In this document: piece by piece, positions 13,401 to 27,210 of the stretch
How the letters are laid out: every line of letters starts with the position of its first letter
Numbering within the stretch: position 1 is the stretch's first letter
Notes under the pieces: model-generated
Told to the model about the DNA's origin: nothing
Database searches by the model: none
What the model saw: only the letters and a program-made list of their open reading frames with translations
Source of the DNA: the human T2T-CHM13v2.0 reference genome, Homo sapiens
DNA length: 64,000 bases
Assembly (NCBI RefSeq): GCF_009914755.1
Contig: NC_060946.1
Direction: 5' to 3' (one strand)
Position numbers and translations under genes: made by a program

Positions 13401-16299
13401 CAACTCTGTGACTTGAATGCACACATCACAAAGAAGTTTCTGAGGATGCTGCTGTCTACTTTTTATACGTAATCCCGTTTCCAACGAAATCCTCCAAGAT
13501 ATCCAAATATCCACTTGCAGATTCCACAGAAAGACTGTTTCAAAACTGCTCTGTCAATAGAAAGGTTCAACTCTGTTAGCTGCGTGCATATATCCCAAAG
13601 AAGATTCTGAGATTGCTTCTGTCTAGTTTTTATGGGAAGATATTTCCCTTTTCACCGTAGGCGTCAAGGCGCTCCAAATGTCCACTTCCAGATACTACAA
13701 AAAGAGTGTTTCAAACCTACTCTGTGAAAGGGAATATTCAACTCTGTGACTTGAATGCACATATCACAAAGAAGTTTCTGAGAATGCTTCTGTCGAGATT
13801 TTATATGAAGATATTCCCGTTTCCAACGAAATCCTGAAATCTATCCAAATATCCCCTCGCAGATTCTACAAAAAGAGTGTTTCAAAACTGCTCTGTAAAA
13901 AGAAAGGTTCAACTCTGTTACTTGAGTACACACATCACAAACAAGTTTCACAGAATGCTTCTTTCTAGCTTGTAGGGGAAGATATTCCCTTTATCACCAT
14001 GGTCCTCAAACCGTCCGAAACGTCCACTTTCATATACTACAAAAAGAGCGTTTCAAACCTGCTCTATGAAAGGCAATGTTCAACTCTGTGACTTGAATGC
14101 AGACATCACAGAGCAGTTTCTGAGAATGCTTCTGTCTAGATTTTATAGGAAGATATTCCCGTTTCCAACGAAATCTTCACAGCTATCCAAATATCCACTT
14201 GCAGATTCTACAAAAAGAGTGTATCAAAACTGCTCTGTCAAAAGGAAGGTTCTTCTCTGTTAGGTGAGTGCATACGTCATAAAGGAGTTTCTGAGAATGT
14301 TTCTGTCTAGTGGTTATGGGAAGATATTTGCTTTTTCACCGTAGGCCTCAGAGCGCTCCAAATATCCACTTGCACATACTACAAAAAGAGTGCCTCAAAG
14401 CTGCTCTCTGAAATGGAATGTTCAACTCTATGAGTTGAATGCAAACATCACAAAGACGTTTCTGAGAATGCTTCTGTCTAGATTTGATATGAAGATATTC
14501 CCGTTTCCAACGAAATCTTCAAATCTATCCAAATGTCCACTTGCATAATCAACAAAAAGTGTTTTTCAGAACTGCTCTATCAAAAGAAAGATCCACCTCT
14601 GTTAGCTGAGTTCACACATCACAAACAAGTTTATGAGAATGCTTCTGTCTAGTTTTTATTTGAAGATATTTCCTTTCTCACCATAGACCTGAAAGCTGTC
14701 CTAATGTTCACTTCCAGATACTACAGAAAGAGTGTTTCAAAACTGCTGTACGAAAGGGAATGTTCAACTCTGTGACTTGAATGCACACATCACAAAGAAG
14801 TTTCTGAGGATGCTGCTGTCTACTTTTTATACGTAATCCCGTTTCCAACGAAATCCTCCAAGCTATCCAAACATCCACTTGCAGATTCCACAGAAAGACT
14901 GTTTCAAAACTGCTCTGTCAATAGAAAGGTTCAACTCTGTTAGCTGCGTGCATATATCCCAAAGAAGATTCTGAGATTGCTTCTGTCTAGTTTTTATGGG
15001 AAGATATTTCCCTTTTCACCGTAGGCGTCAAGGCGCTCCAAATGTCCACTTCCAGATACTACAAAAAGAGTGTTTCAAACCTACTCTGTGAAAGCGAATA
15101 TTCAACTCTGTGACTTGAATGCACATATCACAAAGAAGTTTCTGAGAATGCTTCTGTCGAGATTTTATATGAAGATATTCCCGTTTCCAACGCAATCCTG
15201 AAATCTATACAAATATCCCCTCGCAGATTCTACAAAAAGAGTGTTTCAAAACTGCTCTGTAAAAAGAAAGGTTCAACTCTGTTAGTTGAGTACACACATC
15301 ACAAAGAAGTTTCACAGAATGCTTCTTTCTAGCTTGTAGGGGAAGATATTCCCTTTATCACCATGGGCCTCCAACCGTCCGAAACGTCCACTTCCATATA
15401 CTACAAAAAGAGCGTTTCAAACCTGCTCTAGGAAAGGCAATGTTCAACTCTGTGACTTGAATGCAGACATCACAGAGCAGTTTCTGAGAATGCTTCTGTC
15501 TAGATTTTATAGGAAGATATTCCCGTTTCCAACGAAATCTTCACAGCTATCCAAATATCCACTTGCAGATTCTACAAAAAGAGTGTATCAAAACTGCTCT
15601 GTCAAAAGGAAGGTTCTTCTCTGTTAGGTGAGTGCATACGTCATAAAGGAGTTTCTGAGAATGTTTCTGTCTAGTGGTTATGGGAAGATATTTGCTTTTT
15701 CACCGTAGGCCTCAGAGCGCTCCAAATATCCACTTGCACATACTACAAAAAGAATGCCTCAAAGCTGCTCTTTGAAACGGAATGTTCAACTCTATGAGTT
15801 GAATGCAAACATCACAAAGACGTTTCTGAGAATGCTTCTGTCTAGATTTGATATGAAGATATTCCCGTTTCCAACGAAATCTTCAAATCTATCCAAATGT
15901 CCACTTGCAGATTCAACAAAAAGTGTTTTTCAGAACTGCTCTATCAAAAGAAAGATCCACCTCTGTTAGCTGAGTTCACACATCACAAACAAGTTTATGA
16001 GAATGCTTCTGTCTAGTTTTTATTTGAAGATATTTCCTTTCTCACCATAGACCTGAAAGCTGTCCTAATGTTCACTTCCAGATACTACAGAAAGAGTGTT
16101 TCAAAACTGCTGTATGAAAGGGAATGTTCAACTCTGTGACTTGAATGCACACATCACAAAGAAGTTTCTGAGGATGCTGCTGTCTACTTTTTATATGTAA
16201 TCCCGTTTCCAACGAAATCCTCCAAGCTATCCAAATATCCACTTGCAGATTCCACAGAAAGACTGTTTCAAAACTGCTCTGTCAATAGAAAGGTTCAAC

Positions 16300-19200
16300 T
16301 CTGTTAGCTGCGTGCATATATCCCAAAGAAGATTCTGAGATTGCTTCTGTCTAGTTTTTATGGGAAGATATTTCCCTTTTCACCGTAGGCGTCAAGGCGC
16401 TCCAAATGTCCACTTCCAGATACTACAAAAAGAGTGTTTCAAACCTACTCTGTGAAAGGGAATATTCAACTCTGTGACTTGAATGCACATATCACAAAGA
16501 AGTTTCTGATAATGCTTCTGTCGAGATTTTATATGAAGATATTCCCGTTTCCAACGAAATCCTGAAATCTATCCAAATATCCCCTCGCAGATTCTACAAA
16601 AAGAGTGTTTCAAAACTGCTCTGTAAAAAGAAAGGTTCAACTCTGTTAGTTGAGTACACACATCACAAACAAGTTTCACAGAATGCTTCTTTCTAGCTTG
16701 TAGGGGAAGATATTCCCTTTATCACCATGGGCCTCCAACCGTCCGAAACATCCACTTCCATATACTACAAAAAGAGCGTTTCAAACCTGCTCTATGAAAG
16801 GCAATGTTCAACTCTGTGACTTGAATGCAGACATCACAGAGCAGTTTCTGAGAATGCTTCTGTCTAGATTTTATAGGAAGATATTCCCGTTTCCAACGAA
16901 ATCTTCACAGCTATCCAAATATCCACTTGCAGATTCTACAAAAAGATTGTATCAAAACTGCTCTGTCAAAAGGAAGGTTCTTCTCTGTTAGGTGAGTGCA
17001 TACGTCATAAAGGAGTTTCTGAGAATGTTTCTGTCTAGTGGTTATGGGAAGATATTTGCTTTTTCACCGTAGGCCTCAGAGCGCTCCAAATATCCACTTG
17101 CACATACTACAAAAAGAGTGCCTCAAAGCTGCTCTCTGAAATGGAATGTTCAACTCTATGAGTTGAATGGAAACACCACAAAGACGTTTCTGAGAATGCT
17201 TCTGTCTAGATTTGATATGAAGATATTCCCGTTTCCAACGAAATCTTCAAATCTATCCAAATGTCCACTTGCAGATTCAACAAAAAGTGTTTTTCAGAAC
17301 TGCTCTATCAAAAGAAAGATCCACCTCTGTTAGCTGAGTTCACACATCACAAACAAGTTTATGAGAATGCTTCTGTCTAGTTTTTATTTGAAGATATTTC
17401 CTTTCTCACCATAGACCTGAAAGCTGTCCTAATGTTCACTTCCAGATACTACAGAAAGAGTGTTTCAAAACTGCTGTACGAAAGGGAATGTTCAACTCTG
17501 TGACTTGAATGCACACATCACAAAGAAGTTTCTGAGGATGCTGCTGTCTACTTTTTATACGTAATCCCGTTTCCAACAAAATCCTCCAAGCTATCCAAAT
17601 ATCCACTTGCAGATTCCACAGAAAGACTGTTTCAAAACTGCTCTGTCAATAGAAAGGTTCAACTCTGTTAGCTGCGTGCATATATCCCAAAGAAGATTCT
17701 GAGATTGCTTCTGTCTAGTTTTTATGGGAAGATATTTCCCTTTTCACCGTAGGCGTCAAGGCGCTCCAAATGTCCACTTCCAGATACTACAAAAAGAGTG
17801 TTTCAAACCTACTCTGTGAAAGGGAATATTCAACTCTGTGACTTGAATGCACATATCACAAAGAAGTTTCTGATAATGCTTCTGTCGAGATTTTATATGA
17901 AGATATTCCCGTTTCCAACGAAATCCTGAAATCTATCCAAATATCCCCTCGCAGATTCTACAAAAAGAGTGTTTCAAAACTGCTCTGTAAAAAGAAAGGT
18001 TCAACTCTGTTACTTGAGTACACACATCACAAACAAGTTTCACAGAATGCTTCTTTCTAGCTTGTAGGGGAAGATATTCCCATTATCACCATGGTCCTCA
18101 AACCGTCCGAAACGTCCACTTTCATATACTACAAAAAGAGCGTTTCAAACCTGCTCTAGGAAAGGCAATGTTCAACTCTGTGACTTGAATGCAGACATCA
18201 CAGAGCAGTTTCTGAGAATGCTTCTGTCTAGATTTTATAGGAAGATATTCCCGTTTCCAACGAAATCTTCACAGCTATCCAAATATCCACTTGCAGATTC
18301 TACAAAAAGAGTGTATCAAAACTGCTCTGTCAAAAGGAAGGTTCTTCTCTGTTAGGTGAGTGCATACGTCATAAAGGAGTTTCTGAGAATGTTTCTGTCT
18401 AGTGGTTATGGGAAGATATTTGCTTTTTCACCGTAGGCCTCAGAGCGCTCCAAATATCCACTTGCACATACTACAAAAAGAGTGCCTCAAAGCTGCTCTC
18501 TGAAATGGAATGTTCAACTCTATGAGTTGAATGCAAACATCACAAAGACGTTTCTGAGAATGCTTCTGTCTAGATTTGATATGAAGATATTCCCGTTTCC
18601 AACGAAATCTTCAAATCTATCCAAATGTCCACTTGCATAATCAACAAAAAGTGTTTTTCACAACTGCTCTATCAAAAGAAAGATCCACCTCTGTTAGCTG
18701 AGTTCACACATCACAAACAAGTTTATGAGAATGCTTCTGTCTAGTTTTTATTTGAAGATATTTCCTTTCTCACCATAGACCTGAAAGCTGTCCTAATGTT
18801 CACTTCCAGATACTACAGAAAGAGTGTTTCAAAACTGCTGTACGAAAGGGAATGTTCAACTCTGTGACTTGAATGCACACATCACAAAGAAGTTTCTGAG
18901 GATGCTGCTGTCTACTTTTTATACGTAATCCCGTTTCCAACGAAATCCTCCAAGCTATCCAAACATCCACTTGCAGATTCCACAGAAAGACTGTTTCAAA
19001 ACTGCTCTGTCAATAGAAAGGTTCAACTCTGTTAGCTGCGTGCATAAATCCCAAAGAAGATTCTGAGATTGCTTCTGTCTAGTTTTTATGGGAAGATATT
19101 TCCCTTTTCACCGTAGGCGTCAAGGCGCTCCAAATGTCCACTTCCAGATACTACAAAAAGAGTGTTTCAAACCTACTCTGTGAAAGCGAATATTCAACTC

Positions 19201-22200
19201 TGTGACTTGAATGCACATATCACAAAGAAGTTTCTGAGAATGCTTCTGTCGAGATTTTATATGAAGATATTCCCGTTTCCAACGAAATCCTGAAATCTAT
19301 CCAAATATCCCCTCGCAGATTCTACAAAAAGAGTGTTTCAAAACTGCTCTGTAAAAAGAAAGGTTCAACTCTGTTAGTTGAGTACACACATCACAAACAA
19401 GTTTCACAGAATGCTTCTTTCTAGCTTGTAGGGGAAGATATTCCCTTTATCACCATGGGCCTCCAACCGTCCGAAACGTCCACTTCCATATACTACAAAA
19501 AGAGCGTTTCAAACCTGCTCTAGGAAAGGCAATGTTCAACTCTGTGACTTGAATGCAGACATCACAGAGCAGTTTCTGAGAATGCTTCTGTCTAGATTTT
19601 ATAGGAAGATATTCCCGTTTCCAACGAAATCTTCACAGCTATCCAAATATCCACTTGCAGATTCTACAAAAAGAGTGTATCAAAACTGCTCTGTCAAAAG
19701 GAAGGTTCTTCTCTGTTAGGTGAGTGCATACGTCATAAAGGAGTTTCTGAGAATGTTTCTGTCTAGTGGTTATGGGAAGATATTTGCTTTTTCACCGTAG
19801 GCCTCAGAGCGCTCCAAATATCCACTTGCACATACTACAAAAAGAGTGCCTCAAAGCTGCTCTTTGAAACGGAATGTTCAACTCTATGAGTTGAATGCAA
19901 ACATCACAAAGACGTTTCTGAGAATGCTTCTGTCTAGATTTGATATGAAGATATTCCCGTTTCCAACGAAATCTTCAAATCTATCCAAATGTCCACTTGC
20001 AGATTCAACAAAAAGTGTTTTTCAGAACTACTCTATCAAAAGAAAGATCCAACTCTGTTAGCTGAGTTCACACATCACAAACAAGTTTATGAGAATGCTT
20101 CTGTCTAGTTTTTATTTGAAGATATTTCCTTTCTCACCATAGACCTGAAAGCTGTCCTAATGTTCACTTCCAGATACTACAGAAAGAGTGTTTCAAAACT
20201 GCTGTATGAAAGGGAATGTTCAACTCTGTGACTTGAATGCACACATCACAAAGAAGTTTCTGAGGATGCTGCTGTCTACTTTTTATATGTAATCCCGTTT
20301 CCAACGAAATCCTCCAAGCTATCCAAATATCCACTTGCAGATTCCACAGAAAGACTGTTTCAAAACTGCTCTGTCAATAGAAAGGTTCAACTCTGTTAGC
20401 TGCGTGCATATATCCCAAAGAAGATTCTGAGATTGCTTCTGTCTAGTTTTTATGGGAAGATATTTCCCTTTTCACCGTAGGCGTCAAGGCGCTCCAAATG
20501 TCCACTTCCAGATACTACAAAAAGAGTGTTTCAAACCTACTCTGTGAAAGGGAATATTCAACTCTGTGACTTGAATGCACATATCACAAAGAAGTTTCTG
20601 ATAATGCTTCTGTCGAGATTTTATATGAAGATATTCCCGTTTCCAACGAAATCCTGAAATCTATCCAAATATCCCCTCGCAGATTCTACAAAAAGAGTGT
20701 TTCAAAACTGCTCTGTAAAAAGAAAGGTTCAACTCTGTTAGTTGAGTACACACATCACAAACAAGTTTCACAGAATGCTTCTTTCTAGCTTGTAGGGGAA
20801 GATATTCCCTTTATCACCATGGGCCTCCAACCGTCCGAAACATCCACTTCCATATACTACAAAAAGAGCGTTTCAAACCTGCTCTATGAAAGGCAATGTT
20901 CAACTCTGTGACTTGAAAGCAGACATCACAGAGCAGTTTCTGAGAATGCTTCTGTCTAGATTTTATAGGAAGATATTCCCGTTTCCAACGAAATCTTCAC
21001 AGCTATCCAAATATCCACTTGCAGATTCTACAAAAAGAGTGTATCAAAACTGCTCTGTCAAAAGGAAGGTTCTTCTCTGTTAGGTGAGTGCATACGTCAT
21101 AAAGGAGTTTCTGAGAATGTTTCTGTCTAGTGGTTATGGGAAGATATTTGCTTTTTCACCGTAGGCCTCAGAGCGCTCCAAATATCCACTTGCACATACT
21201 ACAAAAAGAGTGCCTCAAAGCTGCTCTCTGAAACGGAATGTTCAACTCTATGATTTGAATGCAAACATCACAAAGACGTTTCTGAGAATGCTTCTGTCTA
21301 GATTTGATATGAAGATATTCCCGTTTCCAACGAAATCTTCAAATCTATCCAAATGTCCACTTGCAGATTCAACAAAAAGTGTTTTTCAGAACTGCTCTAT
21401 CAAAAGAAAGATCCACCTCTGTTAGCTGAGTTCACACATCACAAACAAGTTTATGAGAATGCTTCTGTCTAGTTTTTATTTGAAGATATTTCCTTTCTCA
21501 CCATAGACCTGAAAGCTGTCCTAATGTTCACTTCCAGATACTACAGAAAGAGTGTTTCAAAACTGCTGTACGAAAGGGAATGTTCAACTCTGTGACTTGA
21601 ATGCACACATCACAAAGAAGTTTCTGAGGATGCTGCTGTCTACTTTTTATACGTAATCCCGTTTCCAACGAAATTCTCCAAGCTATCCAAATATCCACTT
21701 GCAGATTCCACAGAAAGACTGTTTCAAAACTGCTCTGTCAATAGAAAGGTTCAACTCTGTTAGCTGCGTGCATATATCCCAAAGAAGATTCTGAGATTGC
21801 TTCTGTCTAGTTTTTATGGGAAGATATTTCCCTTTTCACCATAGGCGTCAAGGCGCTCCAAATGTCCACTTCCAGATACTACAAAAAGAGTGTTTCAAAC
21901 CTACTCTGTGAAAGGGAATATTCAACTCTGTGACTTGAATGCACATATCACAAAGAAGTTTCTGATAATGCTTCTGTCGAGATTTTATATGAAGATATTC
22001 CCGTTTCCAACGAAATCCTGAAATCTATCCAAATATACCCTCGCAGATTCTACAAAAAGAGTGTTTCAAAACTGCTCTGTAAAAAGAAAGGTTCAACTCT
22101 GTTAGTTGAGTACACACATCACAAACAAGTTTCACAGAATGCTTCTTTCTAGCTTGTAGGGGAAGATATTCCCTTTATCACCATGGGCCTCCAACCGTCC

Positions 22201-25200
22201 GAAACATCCACTTCCATATACTACAAAAAGAGCGTTTCAAACCTGCTCTATGAAAGGCAATGTTCAACTCTGTGACTTGAATGCAGACATCACAGAGCAG
22301 TTTCTGAGAATGCTTCTGTCTAGATTTTATAGGAAGATATTCCCGTTTCCAACGAAATCTTCACAGCTATCCAAATATCCACTTGCAGATTCTACAAAAA
22401 GATTGTATCAAAACTGCTCTGTCAAAAGGAAGGTTCTTCTCTGTTAGGTGAGTGCATACGTCATAAAGGAGTTTCTGAGAATGTTTCTGTCTAGTGGTTA
22501 TGGGAAGATATTTGCTTTTTCACCGTAGGCCTCAGAGCGCTCCAAATATCCACTTGCACATACTACAAAAAGAGTGCCTCAAAGCTGCTCTCTGAAATGG
22601 AATGTTCAACTCTATGAGTTGAATGGAAACACCACAAAGACGTTTCTGAGAAGGCTTCTGTCTAGATTTGATATGAAGATATTCCCGTTTCCAACGAAAT
22701 CTTCAAATCTATCCAAATGTCCACTTGCAGATTCAACAAAAAGTGTTTTTCAGAACTGCTCTATCAAAAGAAAGATCCACCTCTGTTAGCTGAGTTCACA
22801 CATCACAAACAAGTTTATGAGAATGCTTCTGTCTAGTTTTTATTTGAAGATATTTCCTTTCTCACCATAGACCTGAAAGCTGTCCTAATGTTCACTTCCA
22901 GATACTACAGAAAGAGTGTTTCAAAACTGCTGTACGAAAGGGAATGTTCAACTCTGTGACTTGAATGCACACATCACAAAGAAGTTTCTGAGGATGCTGC
23001 TGTCTACTTTTTATACGTAATCCCGTTTCCAACAAAATCCTCCAAGCTATCCAAATATCCACTTGCAGATTCCACAGAAAGACTGTTTCAAAACTGCTCT
23101 GTCAATAGAAAGGTTCAACTCTGTTAGCTGCGTGCATATATCCCAAAGAAGATTCTGAGATTGCTTCTGTCTAGTTTTTATGGGAAGATATTTCCCTTTT
23201 CACCGTAGGCGTCAAGGCGCTCCAAATGTCCACTTCCAGATACTACAAAAAGAGTGTTTCAAACCTACTCTGTGAAAGGGAATATTCAACTCTGTGACTT
23301 GAATGCACATATCACAAAGAAGTTTCTGATAATGCTTCTGTCGAGATTTTATATGAAGATATTCCCGTTTCCAACGAAATCCTGAAATCTATCCAAATAT
23401 CCCCTCGCAGATTCTACAAAAAGAGTGTTTCAAAACTGCTCTGTAAAAAGAAAGGTTCAACTCTGTTACTTGAGTACACACATCACAAACAAGTTTCACA
23501 GAATGCTTCTTTCTAGCTTGTAGGGGAAGATATTCCCATTATCACCATGGTCCTCAAACCGTCCGAAACGTCCACTTTCATATACTACAAAAAGAGCGTT
23601 TCAAACCTGCTCTAGGAAAGGCAATGTTCAACTCTGTGACTTGAATGCAGACATCACAGAGCAGTTTCTGAGAATGCTTCTGTCTAGATTTTATAGGAAG
23701 ATATTCCCGTTTCCAACGAAATCTTCACAGCTATCCAAATATCCACTTGCAGATTCTACAAAAAGAGTGTATCAAAACTGCTCTGTCAAAAGGAAGGTTC
23801 TTCTCTGTTAGGTGAGTGCATACGTCATAAAGGAGTTTCTGAGAATGTTTCTGTCTAGTGGTTATGGGAAGATATTTGCTTTTTCACCGTAGGCCTCAGA
23901 GCGCTCCAAATATCCACTTGCACATACTACAAAAAGAGTGCCTCAAAGCTGCTCTCTGAAATGGAATGTTCAACTCTATGAGTTGAATGCAAACATCACA
24001 AAGACGTTTCTGAGAATGCTTCTGTCTAGATTTGATATGAAGATATTCCCGTTTCCAACGAAATCTTCAAATCTATCCAAATGTCCACTTGCATAATCAA
24101 CAAAAAGTGTTTTTCACAACTGCTCTATCAAAAGAAAGATCCACCTCTGTTAGCTGAGTTCACACATCACAAACAAGTTTATGAGAATGCTTCTGTCTAG
24201 TTTTTATTTGAAGATATTTCCTTTCTCACCATAGACCTGAAAGCTGTCCTAATGTTCACTTCCAGATACTACAGAAAGAGTGTTTCAAAACTGCTGTACG
24301 AAAGGGAATGTTCAACTCTGTGACTTGAATGCACACATCACAAAGAAGTTTCTGAGGATGCTGCTGTCTACTTTTTATACGTAATCCCGTTTCCAACGAA
24401 ATCCTCCAAGCTATCCAAACATCCACTTGCAGATTCCACAGAAAGACTGTTTCAAAACTGCTCTGTCAATAGAAAGGTTCAACTCTGTTAGCTGCGTGCA
24501 TAAATCCCAAAGAAGATTCTGAGATTGCTTCTGTCTAGTTTTTATGGGAAGATATTTCCCTTTTCACCGTAGGCGTCAAGGCGCTCCAAATGTCCACTTC
24601 CAGATACTACAAAAAGAGTGTTTCAAACCTACTCTGTGAAAGCGAATATTCAACTCTGTGACTTGAATGCACATATCACAAAGAAGTTTCTGAGAATGCT
24701 TCTGTCGAGATTTTATATGAAGATATTCCCGTTTCCAACGAAATCCTGAAATCTATCCAAATATCCCCTCGCAGATTCTACAAAAAGAGTGTTTCAAAAC
24801 TGCTCTGTAAAAAGAAAGGTTCAACTCTGTTAGTTGAGTACACACATCACAAAGAAGTTTCACAGAATGCTTCTTTCTAGCTTGTAGGGGAAGATATTCC
24901 CTTTATCACCATGGGCCTCCAACCGTCCGAAACGTCCACTTCCATATACTACAAAAAGAGCGTTTCAAACCTGCTCTAGGAAAGGCAATGTTCAACTCTG
25001 TGACTTGAATGCAGACATCACAGAGCAGTTTCTGAGAATGCTTCTGTCTAGATTTTATAGGAAGATATTCCCGTTTCCAACGAAATCTTCACAGCTATCC
25101 AAATATCCACTTGCAGATTCTACAAAAAGAGTGTATCAAAACTGCTCTGTCAAAAGGAAGGTTCTTCTCTGTTAGGTGAGTGCATACGTCATAAAGGAGT

Positions 25201-27210
25201 TTCTGAGAATGTTTCTGTCTAGTGGTTATGGGAAGATATTTGCTTTTTCACCGTAGGCCTCAGAGCGCTCCAAATATCCACTTGCACATACTACAAAAAG
25301 AGTGCCTCAAAGCTGCTCTTTGAAACGGAATGTTCAACTCTATGAGTTGAATGCAAACATCACAAAGACGTTTCTGAGAATGCTTCTGTCTAGATTTGAT
25401 ATGAAGATATTCCCGTTTCCAACGAAATCTTCAAATCTATCCAAATGTCCACTTGCAGATTCAACAAAAAGTGTTTTTCAGAACTACTCTATCAAAAGAA
25501 AGATCCAACTCTGTTAGCTGAGTTCACACATCACAAACAAGTTTATGAGAATGCTTCTGTCTAGTTTTTATTTGAAGATATTTCCTTTCTCACCATAGAC
25601 CTGAAAGCTGTCCTAATGTTCACTTCCAGATACTACAGAAAGAGTGTTTCAAAACTGCTGTATGAAAGGGAATGTTCAACTCTGTGACTTGAATGCACAC
25701 ATCACAAAGAAGTTTCTGAGGATGCTGCTGTCTACTTTTTATATGTAATCCCGTTTCCAACGAAATCCTCCAAGCTATCCAAATATCCACTTGCAGATTC
25801 CACAGAAAGACTGTTTCAAAACTGCTCTGTCAATAGAAAGGTTCAACTCTGTTAGCTGCGTGCATATATCCCAAAGAAGATTCTGAGATTGCTTCTGTCT
25901 AGTTTTTATGGGAAGATATTTCCCTTTTCACCGTAGGCGTCAAGGCGCTCCAAATGTCCACTTCCAGATACTACAAAAAGAGTGTTTCAAACCTACTCTG
26001 TGAAAGGGAATATTCAACTCTGTGACTTGAATGCACATATCACAAAGAAGTTTCTGATAATGCTTCTGTCGAGATTTTATATGAAGATATTCCCGTTTCC
26101 AACGAAATCCTGAAATCTATCCAAATATCCCCTCGCAGATTCTACAAAAAGAGTGTTTCAAAACTGCTCTGTAAAAAGAAAGGTTCAACTCTGTTAGTTG
26201 AGTACACACATCACAAACAAGTTTCACAGAATGCTTCTTTCTAGCTTGTAGGGGAAGATATTCCCTTTATCACCATGGGCCTCCAACCGTCCGAAACATC
26301 CACTTCCATATACTACAAAAAGAGCGTTTCAAACCTGCTCTATGAAAGGCAATGTTCAACTCTGTGACTTGAAAGCAGACATCACAGAGCAGTTTCTGAG
26401 AATGCTTCTGTCTAGATTTTATAGGAAGATATTCCCGTTTCCAACGAAATCTTCACAGCTATCCAAATATCCACTTGCAGATTCTACAAAAAGAGTGTAT
26501 CAAAACTGCTCTGTCAAAAGGAAGGTTCTTCTCTGTTAGGTGAGTGCATACGTCATAAAGGAGTTTCTGAGAATGTTTCTGTCTAGTGGTTATGGGAAGA
26601 TATTTGCTTTTTCACCGTAGGCCTCAGAGCGCTCCAAATATCCACTTGCACATACTACAAAAAGAGTGCCTCAAAGCTGCTCTCTGAAACGGAATGTTCA
26701 ACTCTATGATTTGAATGCAAACATCACAAAGACGTTTCTGAGAATGCTTCTGTCTAGATTTGATATGAAGATATTCCCGTTTCCAACGAAATCTTCAAAT
26801 CTATCCAAATGTCCACTTGCAGATTCAACAAAAAGTGTTTTTCAGAACTGCTCTATCAAAAGAAAGATCCACCTCTGTTAGCTGAGTTCACACATCACAA
26901 ACAAGTTTATGAGAATGCTTCTGTCTAGTTTTTATTTGAAGATATTTCCTTTCTCACCATAGACCTGAAAGCTGTCCTAATGTTCACTTCCAGATACTAC
27001 AGAAAGAGTGTTTCAAAACTGCTGTACGAAAGGGAATGTTCAACTCTGTGACTTGAATGCACACATCACAAAGAAGTTTCTGAGGATGCTGCTGTCTACT
27101 TTTTATACGTAATCCCGTTTCCAACGAAATTCTCCAAGCTATCCAAATATCCACTTGCAGATTCCACAGAAAGACTGTTTCAAAACTGCTCTGTCAATAG
27201 AAAGGTTCAA
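16300..27210. repeat. Tandem duplication of a 4-HOR (5456 bp) unit
   Basis: ORF variants pair at offset 5456 (16794/22250, 17118/22574, 19846/25302, 21210/26666). Shared SNVs ccaacaaa (17578/23034), cccattatc, gcataaatc and aaattctcc (21675/27131). Confidence 0.92.
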
